A DNA stretch of 64,000 nucleotides from Carcharhinus amblyrhynchos (taxonomy: Eukaryota), in contig OZ336878.1 of NCBI GenBank assembly GCA_965287045.1, positions 31,868,001 to 31,932,000 of the forward strand. Reading direction: 5' to 3'. The translations under genes were made by a program, and so were the position numbers. Positions 48,300 to 62,360 of the stretch are shown here, piece by piece; the first letter of the stretch is position 1; each line of letters opens with the position of its first letter. The notes beneath the pieces are model-generated. The model saw only the letters and a list, made by a program, of their open reading frames with translations, made no database searches and was not told where the DNA came from.

Positions 48300-49295
48300 T
48301 GATAGACTTCAGGAAGGCATAGGCGAATTGCTGTGACATGCATACACATGGCAGATGAAACTTAATGCAGAAAATTGTGAGATAATACAATTAGATAAGA
48401 AGGATGAAAACAAGGCAATACATGCTATAATACAAATTTATAGGGGTGCAAACACCAGGTAGTGTTTGTGCACGAATCTTTGAAGATAGCAGGACAGATT
48501 CAAACAAAATTAAGAAACATCTGGTCTCCAGGGCTTCAAAAATGGAGGCAAGAAGGACAAAAGCCAGGATGTCAGGATAAAGCATGAGTTTGGGGCTTAG
48601 TTGGAGTAATGCATCCAATTCTGGTCAGGAATTAGGAAGAACATGAGGTAGAGAGGCTACAGAAGAGATTTACTAGAATAGTTCAAGGGATGAGGGATTA
48701 TATTTACTTGGAATGAGCATTGTTCACTTTAGAATATACATTGCTCTCTTTAGAACAGAGAAGGCTCAGAGGAGATTTGATTGACATGTTTACATCATGA
48801 AAAATTTATTTGATTTGATTTATTATTGTCACATGTATTGGATAAAGTGAAAAGTATTGTTTCTTGCACACTATACAAAGCATACTATTCTTAGAGAAGG
48901 AGAGGAGAGTGCAGAATGTAGTGTTATAATCGTAGCTAGGATGTAGAGAAAGATCAACTTAATGCAATAGATCAACTTAATAGATAGAATAAATAATGAG
49001 AAACTGTTTCCAATGGCTCAAAAGGTGATAACCAGAGTGTACAGATTTAAGATGATACAAGAGCCAAAGCTGACACAAGGAAGAGCATTTCTTATAGAAT
49101 GAGTGGTTAGGATTTGGAATCACTGCCAGATAGGTTGGTGGACAAAGTTTCATTATAATCTGCAAAAGGGAATTGGTTAAATATTTCAGGAGCAAAATTT
49201 GCAGGAAATTGAAGAAAGAGTAAGACCATCTGGATTGCTCAGGAGAAGAGCCAGCGTGGAATGAATTGGCCAAAAAGCTTATTTCTGTCCTATGA
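48300..49295 (+). mobile_element. Old CR1 RT/3' fragment interrupted by a Rex1 tail
   Basis: tggcagatgaaacttaatgcagaaaattgtgag (WQM.FN..KCE), agaaggctcagaggagatttgatt (RRLRGDLI), degenerate 3' UTR. Confidence 0.75.
48806..48968 (-). mobile_element. Rex1-like LINE 3' UTR fragment
   Basis: Reverse complement of 12595-12750 (tttgatttgatttattattgtcacatg...gagtgcagaatg...agctaggatgtagaga). Confidence 0.8.
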
Positions 49296-52200
49296 TTCCA
49301 TGGTTCTAATTTTCTGACTTGTCCTACAACCTTATGAGCTAAGAGCATGCATTGGAAATTCTGGTATGTGCTGACCACAATTTTCCAATCATTTAAAGTC
49401 CAAATTCCTGCCATACATGTCCAGTGAGTAAAGGAACACCAAGTCCGAAACTGATCACAAATGTGTTGCACTTTGATAAATACAGACTATAATTGTATTT
49501 TAAGTTCTGGAAAAATAATTGGTTCATTCTTGTATCTTTCTCTCCTATTCGACAAAGGACAATTTGAATACTGGGTCCTGTTTTTGAAGGGATGAAAATG
49601 GAAGTAGAAAATAATGGAGGATAGTGAAGAAAATAGAGTGGGAGAAGAGTGCCCTGATCATTAATATCCATCTGTCATAGTTTCCATGACTCATTCTGCA
49701 TCTTTCCAGTCTATCTTAGTTCATCTCTTATGCTGTTTCCTTTTCTTCTCTCCAAGGGCACCTTAAGCTCTGAATTTCAAAACCATAAAATTAATCAAAT
49801 GTTCAAAGTGCCAATATTTTTAGTTTTGAAGTATATTTTGTTTCACTCATATGTCTCAGGTTTGCCTCAAGTACAGTGACTATAGGAAGCTGTTTTAATT
49901 TAGTAGCAGTAATCCCCCACCACAAAAGTGTCAAATCAATACCAGTTAAGGAGATTAATTATTTAGACCTCACCAGCTTTTAATTAGTTAGCTATTTCTG
50001 AGGAATAGATTTGGTTTCAATATTGATGTGTAACAATATGGTTACCTCATTGTTAAAACTCCTATTATGGAAGGTTGGTCTGGTCTTGAGAAATCTGAAC
50101 ATGAAAATTTTTATTGTGAGTACTGAATGCAGCTGGAAGAAATACTGTATGTGTTCCTCTGAGGGACTTACAAGATATCCGGTGTTCAACTTCAGGCTTT
50201 GTAATGTAATTGAGCTTATGTAGATGTAGAAACATATTTCCTTGAAACTAGAAGATTGAACTAGGGCTGTGACTTAAAAAAAATAAAAACTGCACGTGTT
50301 TCTGGGAAGGTTGGATGAAGAGTAGAGTCAGCTGTGATGCTTCTCTCATTGTAATGGGCAACATTGCATTTTAATCTCTTCCCCTCCCCTGTCCATCCAC
50401 TCTCATGTGCACCTTCCATGACATCAATATGATCTGTATCTCCTTCTTGTTGGTGAAGCACTTAATAATTATTCAACTGAAACTGGGTTTGTTTCCAGCC
50501 AGATATGCAGATTATTGGGATTTATAAAATAGTACACTTTTCTTACAGCTGCTCTGTGTGAGATTGCCAGTTTAATGCTGAAAAACGATAAGGCTTATGT
50601 TGAATGGTAGAATCCTTACAGTGCAGAAGGAGACCATTTGGCCCATGAAGTCTGCATTAACAACAACACTGTGGGTTACATACACATGAACTGCAGTGGT
50701 CCATGAAGGTACTCAGGGGTGATTAGGAATGAGCAATAAATGTGATGTGCCATTGCATTACTGTCCTCTAATCAGCATTGAAATCTTAATGCAGGTATTG
50801 GGCTCAAGGGTCCTTCCCTGGAAACTACAATCCACATCAGACACTGCCGTCTTTGATATCCAGGTCATGGCGCAGTGATCCTCTCCTCTTTGGATCTGGG
50901 ATTAACAGCAGAAGCCGGCCTGACCCACCTTTCATCACCTTCCATCCCCATTTTAAGTGGATCAAGCTCTTTGGGAAATCAGTCTGGTTTCTGTTATTGT
51001 ATTCCTCCTACCCAGATCCCAGGACCCAAAATCCAGAAGATCCCTTTATTTGGTATCCACCTGGACTTGAGCTTCCTGGATAGGGCGTCCGGTGCCTGTA
51101 ATTCATCTTTCACTTGGTGATTTCCCAATTGTGACCAAGAGTTTCTGCTAACTTGCTCTAATCCAGCTGAAATCAGCCAAACCAGTGGAATTTTGAGTTC
51201 AGGCTACATCTCATGTACATGAAGTTTCGAGCCTTCAATAATGATTTTAAAACATTGCACTGGAACCCAGTCCCCCTCAAAGTTGGCCATACTCTGAGTG
51301 AAATAAGCTTGTGCAAGTGTCTGTTGATTGTATCTGCAACTGTTCAAGGGGGCTCTTCAAATTAAGTTAGTGTTTAGAAGCACAAGCACTAATAGCCATG
51401 TTTTAAAAGATTTTAAATAATAAAAAAAAATTAAATTGCTAAGAAAGTAACTAGTGGACACTAATGAAATTAGTAAATGGCTCAGTTGAGTATTTTTAAA
51501 AATTATTTGTAATGATTTTAATATCAGGCTTCTCACAGATGAAGGACTAGACACTTGTTAAAAATTCTTATTTTTTTGATAGAAACATTTTCAGCTGCAT
51601 TAAATGAGTTGTACAAGGCTACCACTCTCAAACACACCAAGGTAGATTTTTTTGCAAGGGTAAAAAATAAACAATTACATCCTATTAAATTGCCAAATTG
51701 TGGTAGCATATCACAATCTTATTTCTGATAGAATATTTTCCATTTGTGATTATGCAAATAGGCTTCGGTTGAAACTTCTCCATCACTTCGCTTAAATATA
51801 AACAGAAAATCTCGAGCATAATTTGTGCCTTGACTGTTGATTGCTGCCAAAGTGGAATCCTGATCCCTTAATGTTTTAAGTGGCAGTCCCATATAAATGT
51901 GTAAAGTAGCTCAGGGCACATGTTTTCCAGTGTGGGAAAGCACAGCAGCAATAACCTTCAAAATCAGCCATTTGATGATTGCTGTCAACTTTTACATGGT
52001 TCTTAACAGCACAGTTAAAAATCTGGCCCCTGGGCTAGAAAGAGTTAATTTGATTCCATATTCAAATTAATACCACTTGTCTCTCATGACATTACAAGGA
52101 ACCTGTGCTTATTACAGGAACCTACAGTTCTGACAAGTCCTTGCCACAGGAAACACATTTTAAAAATCATTGTCCTTCTGGTAACATAATTTTCTGGTAA

Positions 52201-53131
52201 AACTGCCTGCAGCATTCCTAATTGGAAACTATGATTTATATAGGAACAATCTTGTTTCACAGTGACCAATTCTAGGATATGGCAGCTTGTCTATGCAAGA
52301 CACAAAAACTCTTTCACGCTTTGAAAAATGGTAAGCCACAGATTGTTTATGGTGGAATTTGCTAGCCTGCTTTCCATTTCCATTCTCGTACTATATCTCA
52401 GTTCTGTAACACTGTACCATACTAGTTACAGGTAGATTAATAATGTTTTGTATTGTATTTCTTTAAAATCATTTCTTGACCTTGTGAAAAGTCTCCTTTA
52501 CAGCTAACAAAGGCAAGGCCTTCTGTCCCTTGTACAATCTATTTACAATTGTAAAGTGCATCATTATTCAGGTTATAGTGGCAGTATAGAATGTGTTCTA
52601 TTAAACTTCTCTATTCAAAATGTACAATTGACTGTACAAAATAATGTTGGCTGCAGCACCTGAAAATCAAACTGCACTTTGCTATAAAATTAACTCTGAA
52701 GAGAGGAAGGCCAAAATGAAGCAAAGCAAAGTGAAGTCAAGTGGAATGACTCCACTTGTACATGTGCAGGGAAATGATTCGTTAAAACTGCAGTATATTT
52801 TTGTGCTGGGCAACATTAGTTGTACTTAACATCTATTAAATACTGTACATTTTGCTGCATCTTTTTAGTCAACCATTATCCTGTCACACCAATCAATTAT
52901 CTCTTAGCCCTCGCACTGTTTTTCCATTGAAATAATTTTGGTGGTTATTCAATGTCAAAAACAACCACGGAATAGAGGATGCAATGAATGTATTCAGCTT
53001 ATCTTTTACTTATATTTGAACTAACAAATTAACTGCAAGGGCAACAGTTTGGTGGTGTGAATTTCATACTTTCATCACTCTTTGTGAGAAAATACATTTC
53101 CTTTTTTCTCTCTTGAATAACACATCTCATT

Positions 53132-53426
53132 GGGTGGCACATTGGCACAGTGGTTAGCACTGCTACTTCACAGTGCCAGAGACCTGGGTTCAATTCCGGG
53201 CTTAAGTCACTGTCTGCATATTCTCCCTATGTCTGTGTGGATTTCCTGTGGGTGCTCCAGTTTCCTCCCACAGTCCAAAAGACGTGCTGGTTAGGTGCAT
53301 TCATGATGCTAAATTCTCCTTCAGTGAAACACGAACAGACACCAGAGTGTGGCGACTAGGGAATTTTCACTGTAACTTAATTGCAGTGGGAACGTAAGCC
53401 TACTTGTGACACTAATAAATAAACTT
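53132..53426 (+). mobile_element. Full-length V-SINE variant
   Basis: tggcacagtggttagcactgct, B box ggttcaattcc, V-domain, tail aagcctacttgtgacactaataaataaac. Confidence 0.9.
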
Positions 53427-53494
53427 AAGATTGCTCCACCAAACAAAGTAACTTCTTTGCAAGTGCTCTAATGAATCTTTTAAAATCATTTTCA

Positions 53495-53765
53495 GCAAAT
53501 ATGATCGGCGCAACTTGTGGGCCGAAGGGCCTGTTTGTGCTGTAGTTGTTCTATGTTCTTTCAATTAATTACCTTTAACCTTTTGAGGCCAAAGCATTGA
53601 CTGATTTTGAGAAGAAATTAGGTAAAGCTTTTGGGGCTAAAGCCATCAAGGGATAAGGGGGGATCAGGATATTCAACGTGATGATCAGCCATGATCAAAA
53701 TGAATGGCGGAACAGGCCCAAAGGGCTGAATGGCCTGCTCCTGCTTCTCGTTTCTATGTCTGTAT
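53495..53765 (+). mobile_element. Two adjacent CR1 3'-end fragments
   Basis: gggccgaagggcctgtttgtgctgtagttgttctatgttct (53520-53559) and gatcagccatgatc...ctcctgcttctcgtttctatg (53683-53760). Confidence 0.75.
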
Positions 53766-54029
53766 GTTAAACAAAATGGAATGCAATCAAGGTTTCTTCA
53801 ATCATCATAATTTATACCTTTATAATTTATAATTTCATAATTTAAACCTTTAAGCCAGTACCATTCTGCAGAGAATGGCACAAACATGATGGGCGGAATG
53901 GCCTGCTTCTTCACTGCACATTCTATGATTATGTCACCAAGCAGCCACTCATTTCATGCATTTGTAGAAGGGGATTGTGCATCATGTTGCGCAGGGGAGG
54001 AACCAAATAGCCAACAACAACTTACACAG

Positions 54030-54750
54030 AGGTTTAGAGGTTTACAGCATGGAAACAGGCCCTTTGGCCCAACTTGCCCATGCTGCCCTTTTTTTAAACC
54101 ACTAAGCGATTCCCAATTGCCCGCATTTGGTCCATATCTCTGTATACCCATCTTACTCATATAATTGTCTAAATGCTTTTTAAAAGAAAAATCTACCTCT
54201 GGCAGCTTATTTCAGACACTCACAACCCCCTGTGTGAAAAAAATGCCCCCCCCCCAGGCCCTTTTGTATCTCTCCCTTCTCACCTTAAACCTATGCCCTT
54301 TAGTTTTTGACTCCCCTACCTTTGGGAAAAGATATTCACTATCTAGCTGATCTATGCCCCTCATTATTTTATAAACATCTATATGATCACCCCTCAGCCT
54401 TCTATGCTCCAGAGAAAAATTTCCAGTCTGTCCAGCCTCTCCTTATAACTCAAACCATCAAGACCTGGTAGCATCCTAATAAATTTCTTCTGCACTCTTT
54501 CTAGTTTAATAATATCCTTTGTATAATAGGGTGACCAGAACTGTTCCAAGTATAGCCTTACCAACGTCTTGTACAACTTCAACAAGATGTCCCAACTCCT
54601 GTATTCAGTGTTCTGACCGATGAAACCAAGCATGCTGAATGCCTTCTTCACCTCTCTGTCGACCTGTGACTCAACTTTCAAGGAGCAATGAACTTGTACC
54701 CCTAGATCTCTTTATTCTGTAACTTTCCCCAATGCCCTACCATTAACTGA
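54030..54750 (-). mobile_element. CR1 3' fragment
   Basis: Minus ORF 54394-54681: KKAFSMLGFIGQNTEYRSWDILLKLYKTLVR...LERVQKKFIRMLPGL..LSYKERLDRL. Confidence 0.9.
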
Positions 54751-54843
54751 TTAAGTCATAGTACCTTTAACATGAGAAAACAGGCCAAAGTGTGATCAAG
54801 ATAAAATAAAAGAAAATTTTAAAAAACCCTGACTCCCCAGAGC

Positions 54844-55380
54844 CTATCCACCATCTACAAGGCACAAGTCAGGAGTATGATAAAGTATTCCCCACTTACC
54901 TGGATGGGTGCAACTCCAACAACACTCAAGAAGCTTGACACCATCCAGGACAAAGCAGCCTGCTTGATTGGTACCATACCTGCAAAACCAATCATCACCA
55001 ATGCTCAGTAGCAGCAATATGTACTGTTTACAAGATGCACTGCAGCAATTCATCCAAGATCCTTAGCCAGTACCTTCCAAACCCATGACCACTTCCATCT
55101 GGAAGGACAAGGGCAGCAGATAAATGGGAACGCCACCACCTGCAAGTTCCCCTCCAAGCCACTCACCATCCTGACTTGGAAATATATCGCCGTTCCTTCA
55201 CAGTTGCTGGGTCAAAATCCTGGAATTTCCTCCTTAACAGCATTGTGGGTCAGCCCACAGAACATGGACTGCAGTGATTCAAGAAGACAGCTCACCACCA
55301 CCTTCTCAAGGGCAACTAGGGGTGGGCAATAAATGCTGGCCAGCCAGTGATGCCCATGTCCCACGAATGACTACAAAAAA
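54844..55380 (+). mobile_element. 3' fragment of a different CR1/L2-group LINE
   Basis: Translates LSTIYKAQVRSMIKYSPLTWMGATPTTLKKLDTIQDKAACLIG, a LINE ORF2 C-terminal pattern. The tail gggcaataaatgctggcc...gaatga recurs antisense at about 58468-58570 and 7540-7595. Older pieces are probably present at about 30830-31020 and 31550-31640. Confidence 0.75.
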
Positions 55381-56756
55381 GAGTCATTAGGGTGACTAAA
55401 AGCTTGACCAAAAAGGTAGGTATTAGAGAAGGTCTTAAAGAAGCAGATAAAAGTTGATGTGTTTAAATACTCACAGACTCAATTCCTGCATAGAGTTCTT
55501 CGCCCATATAGATCTGCAGACTTTGTGATAACACCCACAACATCCATGGGGAATCACTGATTGATCTCCCTGTGGGGCTTGTTATTTTGAGTTCCCCTAG
55601 TAACAGGCAGTGGAATTCACTCCCTGAGCTTTTTATAAGGCAAGCTCAGGACTGAGCCTGCTGAACTGTAGCCCCAGGCAAGGACTAGTATGTGTACAAG
55701 GGTTCTTCAATGCCTAGAAATTCCCATTCATATCTGTCAGCTTCCTGTAGAGGAAGCATACAGAAGGAGCATTAGGATAAGTTATAAAAGGTACACACAC
55801 CATGCATCCATCACTTGGAACAAGCACTGGGGTAAAATTCTGTACATTAGACATGAACACTCATCGCTTCTAGGGTATAACGTTTGGTTATAATTTATTT
55901 CAATCTTGTCCAGAGATAGGGTGGTCAAGAATAAAATAACAGTTGACAAAATTTAGTTGAAACACAAACGTAAGTCAATCTTGGGGTGCTGTATTGACTG
56001 CTGTTATATTATAGTAGTGAATTGGGCAGCTCATAAATTTGTGTGCGTTTTTAACTTTTGTTCATAAAATGCAGGCACAATAGAGATCTAACTTCAGAAT
56101 AATTGGTTGAACTTTTCTGGGTTAATAAACTGTGTAGCATGCAACAGACTGTGATGAATTTGAAGACCTTAGTGGGACTGTGCTGTAACACATTCACACA
56201 AGTACAGATTCAAAATGTTCTATAGCATGTTTTCAATGATAATGTGGCTACCCAGTAGACTATTCTAACCAGCACTAAAATCCACACCTGACTCTGACAG
56301 TTTTAAGGAAAAAGCATGTAATTTGAGGTGCCTGGAATCATGCTAAAGGATAGCAGTAATCTATATAATGCTCCAACCACAAAAACAAGGACTGAACATT
56401 ATATCTAATGTCATCTTGGTGCTGAAATGCATTAATGCATCCAAATTCACTACTTTTTAAAAAAAATCTTCATGGTCAATATTTTCAAGAAGAAAAATAT
56501 TGAAGCAGCATTTGCGCAGTTAAAACAAAATTTTGTAGTTGATATGCTGTGGTAATCTGGAATAAAAATATATCTTGATAATGTGAACTGTCACTCAATA
56601 AACTTGACTTGATTACTTCCCAGACATTAATTCTTCACTGTGAATTTGATAACATATCAACTGCAAAGAACTTCCTCGCAGACAGAGGCTGCCATCGTAT
56701 GCACTTTGAGAAAACAGGAGTAAAACTACTGTAATATCATTATGGGATATTTAAAA

Positions 56757-56788
56757 ACACACACACACACACACACACATACATACAC
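56757..56788. repeat. (CA)n microsatellite
   Basis: acacacacacacacacacacacatacatacac. Confidence 0.9.
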
Positions 56789-57374
56789 TGCATGGACACG
56801 AGAAATAGTAATCTTCTATCTGAATTCAGGTGAAGATTGTAAGATACACATTGTGATGTCATCTTAATCCTTCCATAAGATTACTGCCATCTCAGCACTT
56901 CCAGGTATGACATTCATTATTTATTTTATTGCTTGCTACAGGGAAATACTGTGACTTGTATCTATTATAAAAGAGATTACAAACGCCGTAAAAATCAGAT
57001 CTCTATTTGCAGTGGAGTGAGAGAAAATGAAAAGGGATTGTCCAGGAATGCTATAGCGATCCTTGAAAATGGTGAAAGTGGATAGAACACTGAACTGGCA
57101 TTATTGAAAATGAGCAATACAAATTGTATAAGTGAGCATCAAGCCATGGTTGTGCTTAGAACCTGAAGGTGGTTCATGCACATCACATCATGTACTAGTT
57201 ATACAGGTTTGACAGGATAGCAGGGAAACTGGCTAATTTTGTGGCCCAGATTTTACTGTTGTTCTGATGGCAAAATTGTCAGCATTTGCCATCACTTTCT
57301 GCAAAACTGACAGCACCTTCTGCGTGCACAGTCAAATGCGGATCCAGAAGTTGCTGTCAGTGGCAAAAAGAGAT

Positions 57375-57585
57375 GGAGAATTTTGTTTTTGCACTGTAAA
57401 TTATGATCTAGAGTGCTTTGCCTGAAAGGGTGATGGAAGGACGTTCAATATGAATTTCAAAAGGGAATTGCTAAATAATTGGAGGGGGAAAATTGCAGAG
57501 CAGGGAAGGGACTAATTAGATAACTCTTTCAAAGGATAGTACAGGCATGATGGGCCAAGTGGACTCCTTGTGTGCTCTAAGATTT
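57375..57585 (+). mobile_element. Old CR1 3' end
   Basis: ttgcctgaaagggtgatggaagg...ttcaaaagggaattg...gatgggccaagtggactccttg. Confidence 0.65.
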
Positions 57586-58086
57586 TTTGATTTTCTGTTT
57601 GTCCGCATAGTCCACTGTTGAAGTCCTCACAGAGGCAAGTCAAACAGAAATCACTAAATGGCATAAACTTGCACATTTACACTAATATTCTAGCTGTAAA
57701 AACTGTTGAGGAACTTATGCCTTATTGAATGATGTGTAACTGGATTTTGAAAGGGGAACCAACTCATAATGTCTCTGGCTCTTAACAACTAAATAAATTA
57801 ACAATTAACTTACAGTGCAAAAACAAATGTTATTTCATGACAATTCCTTAGATATTCAAAATAATTTTAAAAATGTAAAGTTTGTATGATATTTCAGCTT
57901 CTCCCTTAATCCTAAGTGCATGTTTCAATCTTTATTTAACTTCTCTAAAATTAAAAAAACCTGCTTGTTATGTGCAGGTTTGCTCTCTGTGAGAATTCTT
58001 CAGTGTGATTGATTGGTTAGTCTGCTTGATGATGTCACTCACTATTTTTGGAAGCCTGGAATCCCACAGCCGGCGCCAGAAAGAAC

Positions 58087-58135
58087 GGGCGGGATTTTCC
58101 TGCCACATTCGTCCTGAAACTGGAAAATCCTGCCT
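58087..58135. mobile_element. Minimal TIR-only element (about 49 bp)
   Basis: GGCGGGATTTTCC ... GGAAAATCCTGCC is a 12/13 inverted match. Confidence 0.6.
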
Positions 58136-61100
58136 GGGGTCAATGGACCTTTGGTCTGTCTCTTGCCTATTATGATTCCCATGGTGGGAGGAACAGGAAA
58201 ATTCGCCCTGTGTTATGTCAGGAAAAGTGAAATCCACACCACAAAACTTGCTAAATTATTGAAGGTATCTTTCTTTGGAGTCAGCAGCAAGTGCCGTCCC
58301 TTCACTGTTGACCCTGAAATCCAGGTTGACACGGTCACTAGAATTTAAAGTGCACAACATAAAAGACATTCATTTTTGTTTATAATTGTACATTAAATTC
58401 ACATGCTTATCAACTGGCAAATTCAGTGTCTGCCATGTACATGCTTTTACTTCAAACATTTCTTTAATTTATTCATGAGATGTGTGTATCAGTGACAAGG
58501 CCAGCATTTATTGCCCATCGCTAATTGTCCTTGAAAAGATAGCGATGAGCTGCCTTGAATCGCTGCAATCCATGGGCTGGCTGTGATCCTAGCGGTTGCC
58601 CTGCAGCAACTTAATACTGGGAACAGCTTTAATTGCTTTAAGGTGATACTTCCACCCATATCTAAGTAGGAAGTCACATCTCAGATAACTGACAGCCAGT
58701 TGGATGGCAGGCAGCTCAGTCGACCCAACAGCAAGCCAGGAGTGGTGGCCACTGCTGGGAATACAGATAGTCCCACCATATGGAGGAACCCAGGTAACTC
58801 TAGGGTTGAGCGTCTTGGTGAAGGATGTTGGGTGCTGGGTTCAAGAGGCGAGGGGGAGCATTAAAGAATGAATGACCTTTGTTGGAATGGTGTACCCGGT
58901 GAGCCTCGGGGAATCCAAAGGTGATTTCTCCTTTCTTGCCCAAAAGCAGCATCCTGTGCAGCAAAAGCAGCCGGGTTTCGCTCATGACATGGGTTAAGCC
59001 AGTCAGGTAAAATAATGGCAATGGTGGGAGGAAGGCATTAATTGGCTAGTCAAGTGCCCCAGTAGGCCCAAAGATAGGTGGGTTATCCGAGGCCTCCTCT
59101 GCTCCCTGTAAAATTTCAGGTTGCAGAACAGAAATAGGAGGCAAGAACGCCGCAATCCGCTGGATTTTGTGGCCACACCCTGCTGGCGCAGGACGTAAGG
59201 TCCAGCCCTTTATTACAAATTCATCAATCAATGAAACTTATTTTCCCCTTTTCATTGTATAATCTTTTCATCATGGAATATATTTTATTTTCAAAGAAAT
59301 GGTTTATTATTAAGTTGGAGTTAATGATCCTTGGCATCCTAATTTTGTGATCTGCCAATATGCTTCAACAAATGTAACTTGGACATGTCACAAAGGCACA
59401 GAGTAATGGCTCATTTTGTATCCCTCTGTTACTCAGAAGATAGATCTATATGCTCCTGTTGCTGTAATGCAGGTCTGTTTCCATGAAGTCTTAAATCTAA
59501 ACATTTCATAGATTTCCATTTCAGCTGCATTTTTGATTCTGTAGTCATTATGTCACATTTACAGTGTCCGTCCTTAATAAAAGAGGGACAATTCATTTCG
59601 GTCTGATACTCTGTTGCTCATGTTGACCTTAATGATGAGTTCTCTACACTAACATGGCAAATCGGATAAGCTGATTACCTACAATAGTAAAATTGACTTG
59701 GGTCAAGATTTAATGAAATCTTTATCAATCCAAGAATATATTTGCATTGAATTTTGCAAAAACCCCTTTACCGTGTAAATAAATAGAACTATTCACTGCG
59801 CTGTAAGTTCTATGTTCTATGTTCTATTCATGTAGTGAGCCAACCAATTCTTGTAGTATTGGGAAGCAATAACATGTAGTAAATGTGTCTACAGGCATGA
59901 CTATATTTCAAAAATAGGTAATTATAAATGATTTGGATTTTCCTAAGTGGCATAATGAGATGTGATATAAATGTAACTTTCTTTAATTTGTTCCTCACTA
60001 CTGATGTTAGTTGTTATTTTACAAGGAGCTTTGAACTGAAGATATAATCAAACAGGAAGAATGGGATAATGTGAAATTACAGTCTATTTGTCCATTCTTT
60101 CCGAAGACAACTTTCACACTGTTCATAATGGCACTGCTTAAGGCCTGGCAGATTGACCACTCTCAGCCAAAGAATGCTGTGTTGCACATAGATAAACTTC
60201 AGGAGCAGAAGACGAGAGGATGTGAAATAACTCATAATATATCTTGTTTCTTGCCTATCTTATGTTAATCACAGTTATTGTAATGCTTTGACCTTATCTA
60301 TAATACAAAGTCAAAATGTTAGTAAGAACAATTCCAATTAATAACTAAATTTTGAATGGAAAATTCTACCTGCCCTTAAAAGGAAATTGACTAGCCCTAA
60401 ACCTGGCAAGCCTCAGCACGTTTATGTTTTGGTGCACACCATATGATGCAATAGCATTCTAATTTCAGTTGCCAAGGTATTTGTGAGTTAAAGCAGTACT
60501 GGTTTGCTGTAGAAAATTAATTCAGAGTGATGCCAAATTAAGTACATCCAGGCTGCTTGGATTGCTGCAGTTAAACCAAAATGAACACTTGATTTGGTGT
60601 CGCTCCCAATTAAAGGCCTCTGTCTGAACACAGCTATTGTAATACAATCTGTCACAGGTCTGATGGTACACTGAGGCCATGTTTATACTTACTGTTACAA
60701 GAGTATAGCTGTAAGCTGATTGATATTTTAGCACACCAGGAGTAGAAAATTTTATGACTGGGATCATACTGTGGTCTAAAGATGCATGATTTAAGTTGTC
60801 TTGCATTTCCTCTTTAAAGAATTAGCCAATGTAGTTGTTTTGGAAAGTAAATTGTGGTGACTATGGATGGGTGAAATTTAGATCGATGTCAGTGTAATTA
60901 TTACAGATATCGCTACCAGATCTCTACACTAACAGCAGTGGATCGAGATTTGCATAATAAACTACAAATTATTACTTCATCAACTTGGAATGATTGTGTC
61001 ATAAACATTAATCCTTTTGTGAGAATGTAATCTCATTAAATTTCATTATTTGACATTGCTTCTTTTGCAGTTATTTTCTTTCCTCCTCCCATCCATGCAG

Positions 61101-62049
61101 CAAGATGACAGTTTTCTGGTCACTCACCACTTACAGCCTTTCTTTTGTACTTTTTATGAATGTTCAGAAATGAAGAAAAGCGAAACAGTTCAAGAGCCAT
61201 GAAGCATGAATTGAGAGAAATGAGGGGGAGAAGGTATATCGTTCCCCATGTAATGTTAGATCAGATTTCAAGTAAAATACCAGTTGAATTTTGAAGTAAT
61301 TTATTTGTCTCATTTCTGTTTTGTTGACAGAAAAGGTCAGTACTAGTGCCTTAGATCTGTGATTTCTAAGACTTATTGAGGGAAAAAGACCTGCATAGAC
61401 GGAAAGGCAGATAAACCGTTTCTTTCCTCAGTCTAGTGTGATTTGTTTTTTTATTAAAGTTGAATTTGAAAGTAAACAGAAGCCCATCAGTGACTGAATT
61501 TTCCAGTTGTTTGGAATCTTCTGGTGAGATGAGGGTATCTTTACTGAAGGAATAACATTGGTCATTGAAAAGCCGGTGGCCTCATTCTTACATGTAACCA
61601 TGGAAAGAGGCAAATCATGCATCACAGAATGCAATTCTTCTGCAGCATGTGAATGTTGCTCTGCAGATTCTGTCACCAAAACACAGCACTACATGTCTTC
61701 GGCAGTCATATGCTTCATTCCAGGTTGACATAGGGATCTTCACTCCACCGTTGCCAGGAATGTCAATCGTTTTTGCAAAGATGGTCACAATTTATCCATC
61801 AGTTTCTGGGTGTCCTTCGTACAGGGCCTCTTCCAGAATATGGTTTAACTTCAATGCAGAAAATAGAAGTATCAGTCACCTCAAAGGCAGTAAGGCTTGC
61901 ATGTGAATTGCATTGTGTAATGATATGAAGGCCTTGTTAGTGGCAAGTGACAAAACTATAGCTTAGAAACAGGGGAAATCCACAAAGCTTCTTTTTTCTT
62001 TCAAGTTCATAAAAGATGGTCTCACTCAATTTCCAAAGTGGATAACAAC

Positions 62050-62360
62050 CTGATCAGATAACAATCTGATCACAAGTAGGAGGGCTGAATGGATGAAAGG
62101 ATCATGGCTAAACTGCTCCATATGCACTTACTGCTCAATTCCCCACACCCTTTGATTCAAATAGTGTCCTAAATCTAAGGAATCTCATCCTTGAGTATGT
62201 TCAACAATCAGGCATCCACAGCTCTCTTGGTAGAGAATACTAAAGATTCAAAAACCTCTTGATCAGAGATACAACTCTTCGCATCAGTCCAAAAGAGTCA
62301 ACCCTTATCCTGAGACTATGGACCTATTTCTAGACTGTCTGACCAGGGGAAAACAACTCA
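62050..62360 (-). mobile_element. Old CR1 3' fragment
   Basis: gatcatggct...gcatccacagctctcttggtagagaat...cccttatcctgagactatg. Confidence 0.65.

Noticed and set aside
47939-48322. ORFs with (VC)n or (TH)n repeats
   Set aside because: Translation of the (TG)n microsatellite.
40663-53426. tRNA genes at the SINE heads
   Set aside because: The A/B boxes are followed by V-domain and LINE-like tails, and no complete cloverleaf is present.
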